This document shows, in pieces, positions 10,303 to 20,041 of a stretch of 47,891 nucleotides of DNA. The position numbers were made by a program, and so were the translations under genes. The stretch covers positions 1 through 47,891 of the forward strand of contig NZ_JBKQOT010000827.1 of assembly GCF_052145395.1 (NCBI RefSeq). Reading direction: 5' to 3'. This DNA is from Roseiarcus sp. (lineage in GTDB: Bacteria; Pseudomonadota; Alphaproteobacteria; Rhizobiales; Beijerinckiaceae). Within the stretch, counting starts at the first letter, position 1; each line of letters opens with the position of its first letter. The notes below the pieces were generated by a model, which had not been told where the DNA came from, did not search any database, and worked only from the letters and a program-made list of their open reading frames with translations.

Positions 10303-12426
10303 TTACTTCGGACGGATCGCGTCCGCGGTTCCCTGAATGAAGGCCTTGATCTTTTCTAGGTCCTCCGGCTTCAGCTTGCCGTCGAAGTCGGGCATGCCGC
10401 GGTCGGCGAAGTGTTTTTCGACAACAGCGTTTTGGAGATTTTCGATCGTTTCGGCGTCGACATAGGCGAGATTCGGAATGTTGCCGCCTTTGTCCACGCC
10501 GGGCACACCGTGGCAGAACAGGCAATTGCTGAAGTACAGCGCGGCGCCCGCCGGCGCGTCCTTCGGATCGTATTTCACTCCCTGGACCAGCGGGCCGAGC
10601 TTGTAGCGCGCGACTTCCGGATATTTGGCGTCCCCGCCGATCGCGAACGTATAGACGATGCCGGCCGACTCGTGGTCGGTGGCGCGATGCGACTCGCCGA
10701 AGACGCCGCCCCAGCCGACCGCGATCGAGACGTATTGCTTACCGTCGATCTCGTAGGTCATCGGCGCCGCGACGACGCCGTTGCCGAGCGCCGCGTCCCA
10801 GAGCTTCGCGCCGCTGGCCGCGTCATAAGCGACAATCCGGCCGTCCGCCGTGCCTTGGAAAACGAGGCCGCCCGCGGTCGCGAGCGTGCCGCCGTTCCAC
10901 GGCGAGACGTAGTCCGCCGTCCAGGCCGCCTTCTGTTGCACCGGATCCCAGGCGATGAGGCGGCCGAAGGGCTTGCCTTTCGGCGGCGTGCCGACGACGG
11001 CCTCGGCGAGGTTCCAGCCGATCCCGCTCATCGGCTGGCCGGGCAAATTGCTGCCTTGCCCGGTCCAGGTCTTGTCGTCGACCAACATGATCGGCACGTT
11101 TTGCGCCGGGATATAGGCGAGGCCCGTCTTCGGGCTGAACGACATCGACTGCCAGTTATGCGCGCCGAACGGGCCCGGAACGGGTTCGATCGGCTTGTCC
11201 ACCCCGCGCGCGCCGGCGATTTCGATCGGCCTGCCCTCGGGCGTGAAGCCGCTCGCCCAGTTCACGTCGACGAAGTTCTTCGCCGAAAGAAACTGGCCGG
11301 TCTTGCGGTCGAGCACGTAGAAGAAGCCGTTCTTGTCCGCATGCAGCAGCACCGCTCGCTTCTGGCCGTCGATCGTGAGATCGGTGAGGATCAGGTCCTG
11401 GTCGGCGTCATAATCCCAGGTGTCGGCCGGGGTTGCCTGATAGTGCCAAGCGTATTGGCCCGTATCGATATCCAGCGCGACGATGGACGCGGTGTAGAGA
11501 TTGTCCTTGCCCGATGGATTGCGGATCGAGGAGGCCCAAGGGCCCGCATTGCCGGTGCCGAAATAGACGAGATTCAGTTCGGGATCGGCGGAGAAAGTGT
11601 TCCAGACCGGGCCGCCGCCGCCGTTTTCCCAATATTTGAACTTGTCGTCCCAGGTTTGGGCGGCCTTGGCCATCGCCTCGTTTTCGGGTGGCTTCGAGGG
11701 ATCGCCGGGAATTGTGTACCAGCGCCAGGCGAGCTGGCCGCTCTCCGCATCGAATGCGCTGACGACGCCGCGAACGCCATATTCGCCGCCGCCCCCGCCG
11801 ACAAAAACCTTGCCCTTGATGACGATCGGCGCGCCCGTGAGCGTGTAGGGACGCGCGCGGTCGGGGCTCGTATCGACCTTCCAGAGCACCTTTCCGCTCG
11901 CCGCGTCGAGCGCGCTCAAGTGGGAGTCGGGCGAACCGACGTACACCTTGCCCTTGTAGACCGCGACGCCGCGATTCACGATATCGCAGCAGAGCTTGTA
12001 GCCTTCCTCGCGCGGGGACTTCGGGTCGTAGGTCCAGAGTTTCTCGCCGGTTCTGGCGTTGATCGCATGGACGATGCCCCAGGGCGCCGTAACGTACATG
12101 GTCCCGTCGACGACGATCGGCGTCGCCTCGACGCCGCGCACCGAGTTGAGCGGATAGGACCAAACGAGGCCCAGCTTGCCGACGTTGGCTGTCGTGACCT
12201 GATCGAGAGGACTGAACCGGTTAGCGCTATAGTCGAGCCCGTTGCTCAGCCATTCCTTGCCGGTCTTGCCGTTGCTGACGATACGCGCGTCGTCGACATT
12301 AGCGACCTCGCCTGCGCGCGCCGTCATGGCGATCGACGAAACTGCGCCCAACGCAATAACCAGGCTCACGAAAACGCTGCCGCCTCGCTTGGCTCGCGCA
12401 AGCGTAGCCGAAATGGGATTTCCCAC
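10303..12426 (-). CDS. Type II quinohemoprotein PQQ-dependent alcohol dehydrogenase (PQQ beta-propeller plus C-terminal cytochrome c)
   Basis: GTG start 6 nt after GGAGGA; signal peptide; vicinal CCD..NRG; Trp-docking repeats; GAHNW; heme motif CLFCH (10510-10524); probable axial Met in GMPDF. Confidence 0.9.
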   Translation of the reverse strand: MGNPISATLARAKRGGSVFVSLVIALGAVSSIAMTARAGEVANVDDARIVSNGKTGKEWLSNGLDYSANRFSPLDQVTTANVGKLGLVWSYPLNSVRGVEATPIVVDGTMYVTAPWGIVHAINARTGEKLWTYDPKSPREEGYKLCCDIVNRGVAVYKGKVYVGSPDSHLSALDAASGKVLWKVDTSPDRARPYTLTGAPIVIKGKVFVGGGGGEYGVRGVVSAFDAESGQLAWRWYTIPGDPSKPPENEAMAKAAQTWDDKFKYWENGGGGPVWNTFSADPELNLVYFGTGNAGPWASSIRNPSGKDNLYTASIVALDIDTGQYAWHYQATPADTWDYDADQDLILTDLTIDGQKRAVLLHADKNGFFYVLDRKTGQFLSAKNFVDVNWASGFTPEGRPIEIAGARGVDKPIEPVPGPFGAHNWQSMSFSPKTGLAYIPAQNVPIMLVDDKTWTGQGSNLPGQPMSGIGWNLAEAVVGTPPKGKPFGRLIAWDPVQQKAAWTADYVSPWNGGTLATAGGLVFQGTADGRIVAYDAASGAKLWDAALGNGVVAAPMTYEIDGKQYVSIAVGWGGVFGESHRATDHESAGIVYTFAIGGDAKYPEVARYKLGPLVQGVKYDPKDAPAGAALYFSNCLFCHGVPGVDKGGNIPNLAYVDAETIENLQNAVVEKHFADRGMPDFDGKLKPEDLEKIKAFIQGTADAIRPK

Positions 12427-12745
12427 TCTGCATCCTCCCAATTTGTTCAGCCGCGCGGCTGTTTATTGACCCGACACTCGCTGGAGAGCATCTGGCTGAA
12501 TGGAAAAGCTGCCGGCCAGCGCCTCGCCGAGCCAGAATAACCGAGATTCTCGATATCCGAGCCTCGGCAAAGACAAAGTTGTCACCGCCGGCGGTCGATT
12601 GCAAGTCGAATGGTCGCGTTGCGTCACGGATGCGTTTGGAGGATGTCGGCTCCCCGAAGCGGGCCGATTTGCGGCGAGTTTTCTGTCGCCGAGATGCGCC
12701 TATCTCGCGGTTCTCAATGGAACGCGCAACGCCGAACGCCTCATG

Positions 12746-12832
12746 CTACACGTGGCCGGCGGTGGTTGGAGTTCCGGGAATATGGTGGAATATGGTGGGT
12801 GTGGTGACACACGGGTGGGTGCAGTGATACAT
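12746..12832 (-). CDS. Candidate 28-aa small ORF MYHCTHPCVTTPTIFHHIPGTPTTAGHV
   Basis: ATG preceded by AACAGGGGAATAAAGC (SD-like AGGGG), TAG stop, same strand as and upstream of the PQQ ADH. No homology recognised. Confidence 0.25.
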   Translation of the reverse strand: MYHCTHPCVTTPTIFHHIPGTPTTAGHV

Positions 12833-13345
12833 GCTTTATTCCCCTGTTCGCCCGATGAATGAGAGCCATCAAGAAAAAACGGTTTGAAGCAAGCGCCACC
12901 GTTTCCACTGCTATAAATGGAAAACTGCAAACGGCGGGACCTTTTTGACGAGTTGAAATGGTGAGGGCTTCAGCGCCTTGCGGCGCCGGCCATCCATGCC
13001 GCGCCGACAAACGCTCTGCGACCGTCCGTTCCGGGTCGACTCCAGCCTTCGGACGCGGCTCTGCCGTGCGCAAAGCCGCTCGCTCGCCGCGACGGCGAGG
13101 ACGATGCAACCTGAGCGCAGTGGGATTCGCCACCGGGCGCCCGCCGCCTGAAAACTCCCTGTTCCCCTCCTGTAAAGGCCCTCCCTGTTATCGGCGGCCG
13201 ATTTTCCCTGCCCGGGAGCCGCAACCGGCGGATTGCAATTCGGCATCGTTATGAAAGGCTTCGAGATTTTGGCGCGGGACGGCGCCCGCGCCCCAGCGAT
13301 TTTCCCTGTTCCTGCATTTTGTCGCGCCGTCGCCGGTTGTCGGCC

Positions 13346-14641
13346 CTAGCCCTGCGCGTTCCCATCCAGCGCGAACAGCGCCTTGGGCGCCTTCACGCCG
13401 CGCAGCGCGTGGAGGCCGAGCGGCTCGAGGCGCCGGCCGCTTTCGCGCGCGATTTCGGCGAACTCCGGCGACACGAGGATCGATCGCCCGAGCGGCTGGC
13501 AGAGCGCCTCGATGCGGACAACCTCGTTGATCGCAGGGCCGATGGCGGTGAAGTCGAGCCGGTCGGCCGCGCCGACGTTGCCGTACATCACTTCGCCGAC
13601 GTGAAGAGCGAAATCGACCTCCGCGAGCGGCGCGCCCGCTTCGGCGCGCACGCGGTTCAGCGCCTCGAGGTTGCGGGTCGCCTCGATGACGGCGTCTATC
13701 GCGCGGCCGCATGCGACGGCGCGCTCCGCCTCCTCGAACGCGAAGGTCGCGAGCATCGCGTCGCCGACGAACTTCAGCACCTGTCCGCCGCGTTCCCGCA
13801 ACGGCGCGGCCATGGCCTCGAAGGCGTCGTTCAGCAGGTCGATCACCGTGGGGCCCGGAGCGGAATCGCTCAATTCCGTGAAGCCGCGGATGTCGGCGTA
13901 CCAGATCGCAGCGCGCAGCTGCTCCATCGACCCGCGGGTCACCGCGCCGGCGTGGACGCGCCCGCCCGCGTCCCAGCCGAGATAGGTGCGAAGCAGCCCG
14001 GAAGCGATGACGTGGCCGGCGTGCGCCTTCATCGCCAGCGACAGCGCTGGCAGGGTCGCTTGCATCAGCATGACGTCGTCGTCGCTGAAGCCCGCGTCCC
14101 GGTCTGTCGCGAACGAAAAGACGACGCCGCTCCCCTGCGAGCGGTCGCCGATTCCCAGTCCGCTCGCGAGCGGGTCCCCGTAGACGAAGAGCCAGGCGGC
14201 GTAGTCGGTCGCGCCGGCGGCGAAGAATTCCTTGAGCGCCGGGAAGTCCCGCTCCTCCGGTCCGGCGGACAGGCGACGGCGCATCGACGGATTGGGCTCG
14301 CCCGCGCGCGCCCGCTCGATCAGGGCGTAGAACGGGCTCCGAACCCAGATCGCTTCGTCGTCTTCGCCGTGGGCGTAGCTTTCCGGCGCGATGGCGTTCA
14401 GGTCGCGCCGCCAGGTGGCGCCGTAGCCGTGCCACTGAGGATGGAGAGTCTCCATCGCGGAATGCGCCCGCCACAGCGGCGTCCCGTGGACGACCAGCCG
14501 CTGGCAATAGCCGTCGAACAGTTCGGCAGCGGCCGCGCCGCGTAAACCTTGCTCAACCGCCCAGATGTGCGTGTCGACGATCCTCTGGGCCAGGGCGCTG
14601 TCGAGGGCGGCGATTGCGAACTTCGCTTGGGCGTGCGGCAT
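13346..14641 (-). CDS. Class III adenylate/guanylate cyclase with N-terminal cytoplasmic sensor-like region
   Basis: YADIRGFT, LKFVGDA, HVGEVMYGNVG, RLDFTAIGPAIN..RIE. The Lys/Asp specificity pair points to ATP as substrate. Confidence 0.9.
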   Translation of the reverse strand: MPHAQAKFAIAALDSALAQRIVDTHIWAVEQGLRGAAAAELFDGYCQRLVVHGTPLWRAHSAMETLHPQWHGYGATWRRDLNAIAPESYAHGEDDEAIWVRSPFYALIERARAGEPNPSMRRRLSAGPEERDFPALKEFFAAGATDYAAWLFVYGDPLASGLGIGDRSQGSGVVFSFATDRDAGFSDDDVMLMQATLPALSLAMKAHAGHVIASGLLRTYLGWDAGGRVHAGAVTRGSMEQLRAAIWYADIRGFTELSDSAPGPTVIDLLNDAFEAMAAPLRERGGQVLKFVGDAMLATFAFEEAERAVACGRAIDAVIEATRNLEALNRVRAEAGAPLAEVDFALHVGEVMYGNVGAADRLDFTAIGPAINEVVRIEALCQPLGRSILVSPEFAEIARESGRRLEPLGLHALRGVKAPKALFALDGNAQG

Positions 14642-14691
14642 GGAACGAGCCTCGCTCCGTCAGCCAGGAAGGCTCAGCCGGCGAGCCGGAA

Positions 14692-15756
14692 TCACGGCTT
14701 CGACTCGCCCTTTGGCACGAAGAAGGTCTGTCCGGGATAGATCAGGTTCGGGTCGCGGATCTGGCCGGCGTTGGCGGAGAAGATCATGCCATAGCGCGAT
14801 CCGTCGCCGTAGAACTTCTGGCTGATGCCCCAGAGCGTGTGGCCGCGCTCAACGTGATGGGTCTGAACGGCGTCAAGCACGAGATCGGCCGACGACGCCA
14901 GTGCGGTCGGCGCCGCAGGGGAGCGGGGCTTCTCCGGCGCAGCCAGGGTCGGGATGCTGACCGGCGCATCGGCGCGGGCGACGACCTTGGCGCTTCCCGG
15001 GTCGATCTCATCGGCGCGGACCTCGTAGGCGCCTGGCGTCATGCCGTGCTCGATGGTCAGCGACCAGCGTCCGTCGTCCTTGGTCCGGGCGTCGCCGACA
15101 TAGGCGCCGCTGATGTAGAGCCGGACGGTTGCATTGGGGTCGGCCGAGCCCCTGGCGACCAATCCGCCGTCCGCGCTGGCGTCGACCGAGCGAATCGCGA
15201 CGGGCGATGACGCGGGGCGGGGGGCGGCGGAAGTCGGTGGGGCCGACGCTGCCCCCTGCGCGGCGGCGGCGGTCTTGACGGGCGGCTGGGCGACGGAGAC
15301 GGGGATCGCTTTCGATGTCTCGGCCGGGCCGCCGGCTCCGGACGACAGCGTGAGGCTATGATCGCCCGGCGGGAGCGGGGCCGGAATTATGACGAACTGC
15401 CCCTGAGCATCGGTCATCGTCTCGGCGAGCGTTCGTCCCGCGTCGACGAGGGCCACCTTGACGTTCGGCGCGGCGCGCCCGGCGACAACGGTGTCCCCGC
15501 TCGGCTCGACGCTGACGACGTCGAAGGCCGGCATGACAGGGGACGGCGTCGGGACGGACGGAGTCGGCGCGAGCGCGGCGGTCTTGTCCGGCGCGGGCGC
15601 CGGCGCCGCCGTCGGCTCAGCCGATTCGGTCACGGTTGCAGGTACGGGGTTCGGCCGCAGGAGGTCCGGATGGGTCCAATAGAGCCCGGCGGCTCCGACT
15701 GCGGCAACGGCCGCGCCGGTCGCCCCCGCCCAGATCAACGCTGTTTGCGATGGCAT
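14692..15756 (-). CDS. LysM peptidoglycan-binding protein with N-terminal anchor and Ig-like domains
   Basis: C-terminal VERGHTLWGISQKFYGDGSRY..IF.AN..QIRDPNLIYPGQ; Pro/Ala linkers; PAFDVV.VEPSG..VVAGRA. Confidence 0.88.
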   Translation of the reverse strand: MPSQTALIWAGATGAAVAAVGAAGLYWTHPDLLRPNPVPATVTESAEPTAAPAPAPDKTAALAPTPSVPTPSPVMPAFDVVSVEPSGDTVVAGRAAPNVKVALVDAGRTLAETMTDAQGQFVIIPAPLPPGDHSLTLSSGAGGPAETSKAIPVSVAQPPVKTAAAAQGAASAPPTSAAPRPASSPVAIRSVDASADGGLVARGSADPNATVRLYISGAYVGDARTKDDGRWSLTIEHGMTPGAYEVRADEIDPGSAKVVARADAPVSIPTLAAPEKPRSPAAPTALASSADLVLDAVQTHHVERGHTLWGISQKFYGDGSRYGMIFSANAGQIRDPNLIYPGQTFFVPKGESKP

Positions 15757-16027
15757 GCTGTTTCGCTTTCGCGCGTGACTATACTCAGCGCCTCGCTCTG
15801 CGACAATCGAGTGACCGGGCTCAAAGTCTTTTCTCCCCGGCGATAATCGTTTTGCGGACGTCTGAATCGGGACGTCCCCCTCGCTCCGCGAAAACTCCCG
15901 CCGCCCACGTTGAAATAATTCCGCGAATGTGGAAGCCTGTGATCAAGGGCGACGGAAAAATCGCATGGCGCCGCGCCGGAAGCGGCGCGGTCAATGAACG
16001 AGCGGGACGCCGCCGGGGAGGATCGCC

Positions 16028-17590
16028 ATGAGCACGACCTTCGGCCTTCATCGCGCTGTTCTGTTCAACGGAAATGGCGTCGCCACCCAGTTCGAGAATC
16101 GCAGCCTGACCTGGATCGAGACGGCCGACCGCGTGGCGCGCCTCGCCGGGGCGCTGAGGGAATTCGGCGTCGGCCGGGGCGATCGGGTCGCGATCCTGAT
16201 GCTGAACCAGGACCGCTATCTCGAGCTCTATCTGGCGACCGCCTGGGCTGGCGCGGTCGTCGCGCCGCTCAACATCCGCTGGAGCGCCGGCGAGAATCAG
16301 GCCTGCCTCACCGACTGCCGGCCCAAAATTCTGGTGGTGGATGCGGCCTTCGCCAAGATGGGCGAGGCGATGGCTGACCAGCTCTCGACTTTCGCGCTCC
16401 TCTACGCCGACGACGCGCCCGATGCGCGGCCCAAGGACGCCCACGACTACGAGGAAGTCCTCGCCGCTGCGGCGCCGATCCCTGACGTCGAAGCCTCGGA
16501 GGCCGATCTCGCTGGTATTTTCTACACCGGCGGCACGACCGGGCGCTCCAAGGGCGTGATGCTGAGCCACCGCAACCTGCTGGCAAGTGCGCGCAACGCG
16601 CTCTCATTCAGCACGGAGGAGGTCTTCCGCTGCTATCTGCATGTCGCGCCGATGTTCCATCTGGCGAACGCCAGCGGGATGTATCTCGCGCTCCTGCTCT
16701 GCGGCTCGAATGCGATCATCCGGGCGTTTTCACCTGATGGCGTCGCCCGCGCGATCGAACGGTTCCGCGTCAGCAATATCGTCCTCGTGCCGACGATGAT
16801 TCAGATGTTCGTCGACCAGCCGGGCCTCGATCAGTTCGACCTCTCGTCGCTCAAGCGCGTGACCTACGGCGCGTCGCCGATCTCCGAGGCGGTGCTCGAC
16901 CGCGCGATCAAGGCGCTGCCGCATGTCGAGTTCTTCCAGGCCTACGGCATGACGGAGCTGTCGCCCGTGGCGACGGTCCTTCCATGGAAGGATCACATCG
17001 GCGAAGGCCGGGCGAAGGGACGCCACCGGTCGGGCGGCCGTCCAGCCGCGATGGTCGAAGTGCGGATCGTCGATCCGTACGGCGCCCCGCTGCCGCCACG
17101 CGAGGTCGGCGAGATCGTCGCACGCGGCGACATCGTCATGATGGGCTATTGGGAGCGGCCGGAGGAGACGAAGAGGGCGATCGTCGACGGCTGGATGCAC
17201 ACGGGCGACGCCGGCTATATGGACGAGGACGCCTACGTTTACATTGTCGACCGGATCAAGGACATGATCGTCACCGGCGGCGAGAACGTCTATTCGGCCG
17301 AGGTGGAGAATTGCGTCGCGCAGCATCCGGCGGTCGCGCAATGCGCGGTCATCGGAATTCCCGACGAGCGGTGGGGCGAGGCGGTGCATGCCGTGGTGAT
17401 GCGCAAGCCCGGCGTTATCGTCAGCGAGGCGGACATCATCGACTTCTGCCGCGCGCGGATCGCGCATTACAAGTGCCCGCGCAGCGTCAAGATCCAGGAC
17501 GACCCGCTGCCGCTGTCGGGCGCGGGGAAGATTCTCAAGCGGGAGCTTCGCAAGCCCTTCTGGGAAGGGACGGCGCGGCAAGTGAATTAG
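16028..17590 (+). CDS. Long-chain fatty acid/acyl-CoA ligase
   Basis: YTGGTTGRSKG AMP-binding loop, QAYGMTE, GWMHTGD, DRIKDMI.TGGENVY, GKILK. Confidence 0.92.
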   Translation: MSTTFGLHRAVLFNGNGVATQFENRSLTWIETADRVARLAGALREFGVGRGDRVAILMLNQDRYLELYLATAWAGAVVAPLNIRWSAGENQACLTDCRPKILVVDAAFAKMGEAMADQLSTFALLYADDAPDARPKDAHDYEEVLAAAAPIPDVEASEADLAGIFYTGGTTGRSKGVMLSHRNLLASARNALSFSTEEVFRCYLHVAPMFHLANASGMYLALLLCGSNAIIRAFSPDGVARAIERFRVSNIVLVPTMIQMFVDQPGLDQFDLSSLKRVTYGASPISEAVLDRAIKALPHVEFFQAYGMTELSPVATVLPWKDHIGEGRAKGRHRSGGRPAAMVEVRIVDPYGAPLPPREVGEIVARGDIVMMGYWERPEETKRAIVDGWMHTGDAGYMDEDAYVYIVDRIKDMIVTGGENVYSAEVENCVAQHPAVAQCAVIGIPDERWGEAVHAVVMRKPGVIVSEADIIDFCRARIAHYKCPRSVKIQDDPLPLSGAGKILKRELRKPFWEGTARQVN

Positions 17591-17713
17591 ACCCGATTGC
17601 CGTGCCGTCGAATCGCCCTTTGGAGATCCGGTCGTTGACCGCGTCGGCAGCTCCCCAGGGCGCCCGTTGAGAACGCCCGTCTACCGACGGCCAGGAAGCG
17701 CGGCTACAGCGGG

Positions 17714-18223
17714 TCAGTCCTTCGCCTTCAAGGTCTCCACCTCGCGCCACATACGGGCGATGAAGTCTTTGAGCTGCGCCCGCTCTTCCGGCGAGAAACC
17801 CTTGAGCAACCGCTCCTGCCGCGCCAGCGCCACGACGACGATTCGGTCGTGCACGGCGAGGCCTTTCTCCGTCAACGCGACCGGCAGGCGGCGCCGGTTG
17901 GGCTCGTCGCTACGCACTTCGACGAGGCCTGCCTCCGCGAGGTCGCGCAGGCTGCGGCTGACGGCGGCCTTGTCGAGTCCGGTCGCCTCGCAGATCCGAA
18001 CCGGGGCGATCCAGGGCTCGCCGGCGAGCAGGGCGATAATCCGCCAGTCGGTGATGCCGACGCCGAACCGCGGACGGTAGGTCGCCGACGCGGTCGCCGT
18101 GATCTTCTGCGCAAGATTGGTCAGGGCCGCCGGAATAAAGGCGTCCATGTCCATGGCCAGCGCCGACCGTCGGTCGGCCGCGGGCTCTGACGGAGGAGAC
18201 GGTGGGGAAACTGTCAACGGCAT
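17714..18223 (-). CDS. MarR-family transcriptional regulator
   Basis: Y..RFGVGITDWRIIALL, winged HTH LDKAAVSRSL..L...GLV, LTEKG. Start codon uncertain. Confidence 0.85.
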   Translation of the reverse strand: MPLTVSPPSPPSEPAADRRSALAMDMDAFIPAALTNLAQKITATASATYRPRFGVGITDWRIIALLAGEPWIAPVRICEATGLDKAAVSRSLRDLAEAGLVEVRSDEPNRRRLPVALTEKGLAVHDRIVVVALARQERLLKGFSPEERAQLKDFIARMWREVETLKAKD

Positions 18224-18516
18224 CTTTACGATTCGGGAAGCGGATATCTGCTCTTATAGGTCTCGTCCCCGTTTGTCCTTTTATTTGCGCAATCGCCTGC
18301 CCATCGGGTCCGGAGCGGCCGCCGAACCGTGCCGAGGCGCAAGAAGCCTACGCCCGTGTGACGCGGCGCCGCGCCGACCACGCTCGGCGACATCGCCTTC
18401 AATCCGAAGTCGGCTTGGCCGAGGGCGCTTCCCACCGCCTCAAGGCCGGTGAGTGCTCGAAAAGTCGATTCCAAATTGAGGTCCGCGCAAGGCCCTGCGA
18501 ACGACCGGGGGCGAGG

Positions 18517-20037
18517 CTACTGCCCGCGCTTTCCCCGGGCCGCGAATCGCACCGCCTCCTCGGCCGCGCGAAACAGCGCGCGCGCCTTGTTGACGCACTC
18601 GACCTGCTCGGCTTCGGGCGAGGAGTCGTAGACGATGCCCGCGCCCGCCTGGACGTGCATGAGGCCATCCTTCACCACGGAAGCGCGCAGGACGATGCAG
18701 GTGTCCATCTCGCCGCCGGCCCCGAAATAGCCGATGCAGCCGGCATAGATGCCGCGCTTGTCCCTTTCGAGTTCGTCGATGATCTCCATCGCACGCACTT
18801 TTGGCGCGCCCGAAACGGTGCCCGCGGGGAAGCCGGCCGCCAAGGCGTCGACTGCGTCTGCATCGTCCCTCATCTCGCCTTCGACGTTCGAGACGATGTG
18901 CATGACATGGCTGTAGCGCTCGATGAAGAAGCTGTCGGTCACCTGGACCGTGCCGATCTTCGCGACCCGGCCGACGTCGTTGCGGCCGAGGTCGAGCAGC
19001 ATCAGGTGCTCGGCGCGCTCCTTTGGATCGGCGATGAGCTCCGCCTCCAGTGCGGCGTCCTCGCTTGGCGTCTTGCCCCGAGGGCGCGTGCCGGCGATCG
19101 GCCGGATGACGACCTTGCCCTCACGCACCCTGACCAGGATCTCGGGGCTCGAGACGACGATCTGGAAGTCGCCGAAGTCGAGATAGCAGAGGTACGGCGA
19201 TGGATTGACCCGCCGGAGCGCCCGATAGAGCGAGAAGGCAGGCAGATCGAACCGGCTGGTGAAGCGCTGCGACAGCACGATCTGGAAAGCGTCGCCCGCG
19301 GCAATGTAGTCCTTCGCCTTGGCGACCATCGCCTTGTACTCGGCCTCGGTCGTATTGGAGACGGCTTCGCCCGCGGTGGCGAGCGGGTCGGCCTCGCCGG
19401 CGCCGTGATCGAGCGGCGCTTCGAGGGCCGCGACGACCGCCTCGAGCCGCGCCTGAGCGGCCTCATGAGCCGCCTTGGCCGACACGCCGGCCGAGGGGCG
19501 GATCGGCGTCACGATGATCATCTCGTCTCGCGCCGCGTCGAACACGACCATGACGGTCGGACGGATGAGCAGCATGTCCGGGACGCCAATCGGGTCGGGC
19601 TTGGCGGCCGGAAGTCGCTCCATCCGGCGCACCATGTCGTAGCCGAGATAGCCGAACACCCCGGCGGACATCGGCGGCAGGCCCAGCGGCAGCTTGATGC
19701 GGGATTCGTCGAGCAGCGCCCTCAGCGCCGCGAGCGGGTCGCCTGGGAAGGGGACAAAGGCGTCGGGCTCGAGCAGCGCCTTCCGGTTGATCTCGGCGCG
19801 CTCTCCGGTCGAGCGGAAGACGAGATCGGGATCGAGCCCGATCATCGAATAGCGTCCGCGCTGGGCGCCGCCCTCGACCGATTCCAGCAGGAAAATGTTA
19901 CCGGCACGCTCGCGTGCCAGCTTGAGATAGGCCGAGACCGGGGTTTCGAGGTCGGCGACCAGCGTCGTCACCGCGACACTCGCGGCGCCCGCCAGGTAGG
20001 CGCGTTCGAAGGCCTCGTAGTCTGGGATCATCGTCAT
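18517..20037 (-). CDS. trpE: Anthranilate synthase component I
   Basis: LLESVEGG..RGRYS, NPSPY, PIAGT, KERAEHLMLLDLGRND, GTVSGAPK.RAMEII. Confidence 0.95.
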   Translation of the reverse strand: MTMIPDYEAFERAYLAGAASVAVTTLVADLETPVSAYLKLARERAGNIFLLESVEGGAQRGRYSMIGLDPDLVFRSTGERAEINRKALLEPDAFVPFPGDPLAALRALLDESRIKLPLGLPPMSAGVFGYLGYDMVRRMERLPAAKPDPIGVPDMLLIRPTVMVVFDAARDEMIIVTPIRPSAGVSAKAAHEAAQARLEAVVAALEAPLDHGAGEADPLATAGEAVSNTTEAEYKAMVAKAKDYIAAGDAFQIVLSQRFTSRFDLPAFSLYRALRRVNPSPYLCYLDFGDFQIVVSSPEILVRVREGKVVIRPIAGTRPRGKTPSEDAALEAELIADPKERAEHLMLLDLGRNDVGRVAKIGTVQVTDSFFIERYSHVMHIVSNVEGEMRDDADAVDALAAGFPAGTVSGAPKVRAMEIIDELERDKRGIYAGCIGYFGAGGEMDTCIVLRASVVKDGLMHVQAGAGIVYDSSPEAEQVECVNKARALFRAAEEAVRFAARGKRGQ

Positions 20038-20041
20038 CAGG

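Noticed and set aside
10411-12540. 709-aa antisense ORF over the PQQ ADH, and similar long antisense ORFs at 5152-6462, 18202-20079, 20327-22006, 29626-30966, 39091-40659 and 40810-43323
   Set aside because: Mirror ORFs of well-supported genes, produced by GC-rich codon bias.
12500-12862. 120-aa and shorter + strand ORFs in the ADH upstream gap
   Set aside because: No recognisable motifs, atypical composition and no clear SD.
12430-13340. pqqA precursor, cobalamin riboswitch or sigma54 promoter upstream of the ADH
   Set aside because: I could not find an E-x3-Y peptide, a B12 box or a correctly spaced GG-N10-GC promoter by eye.
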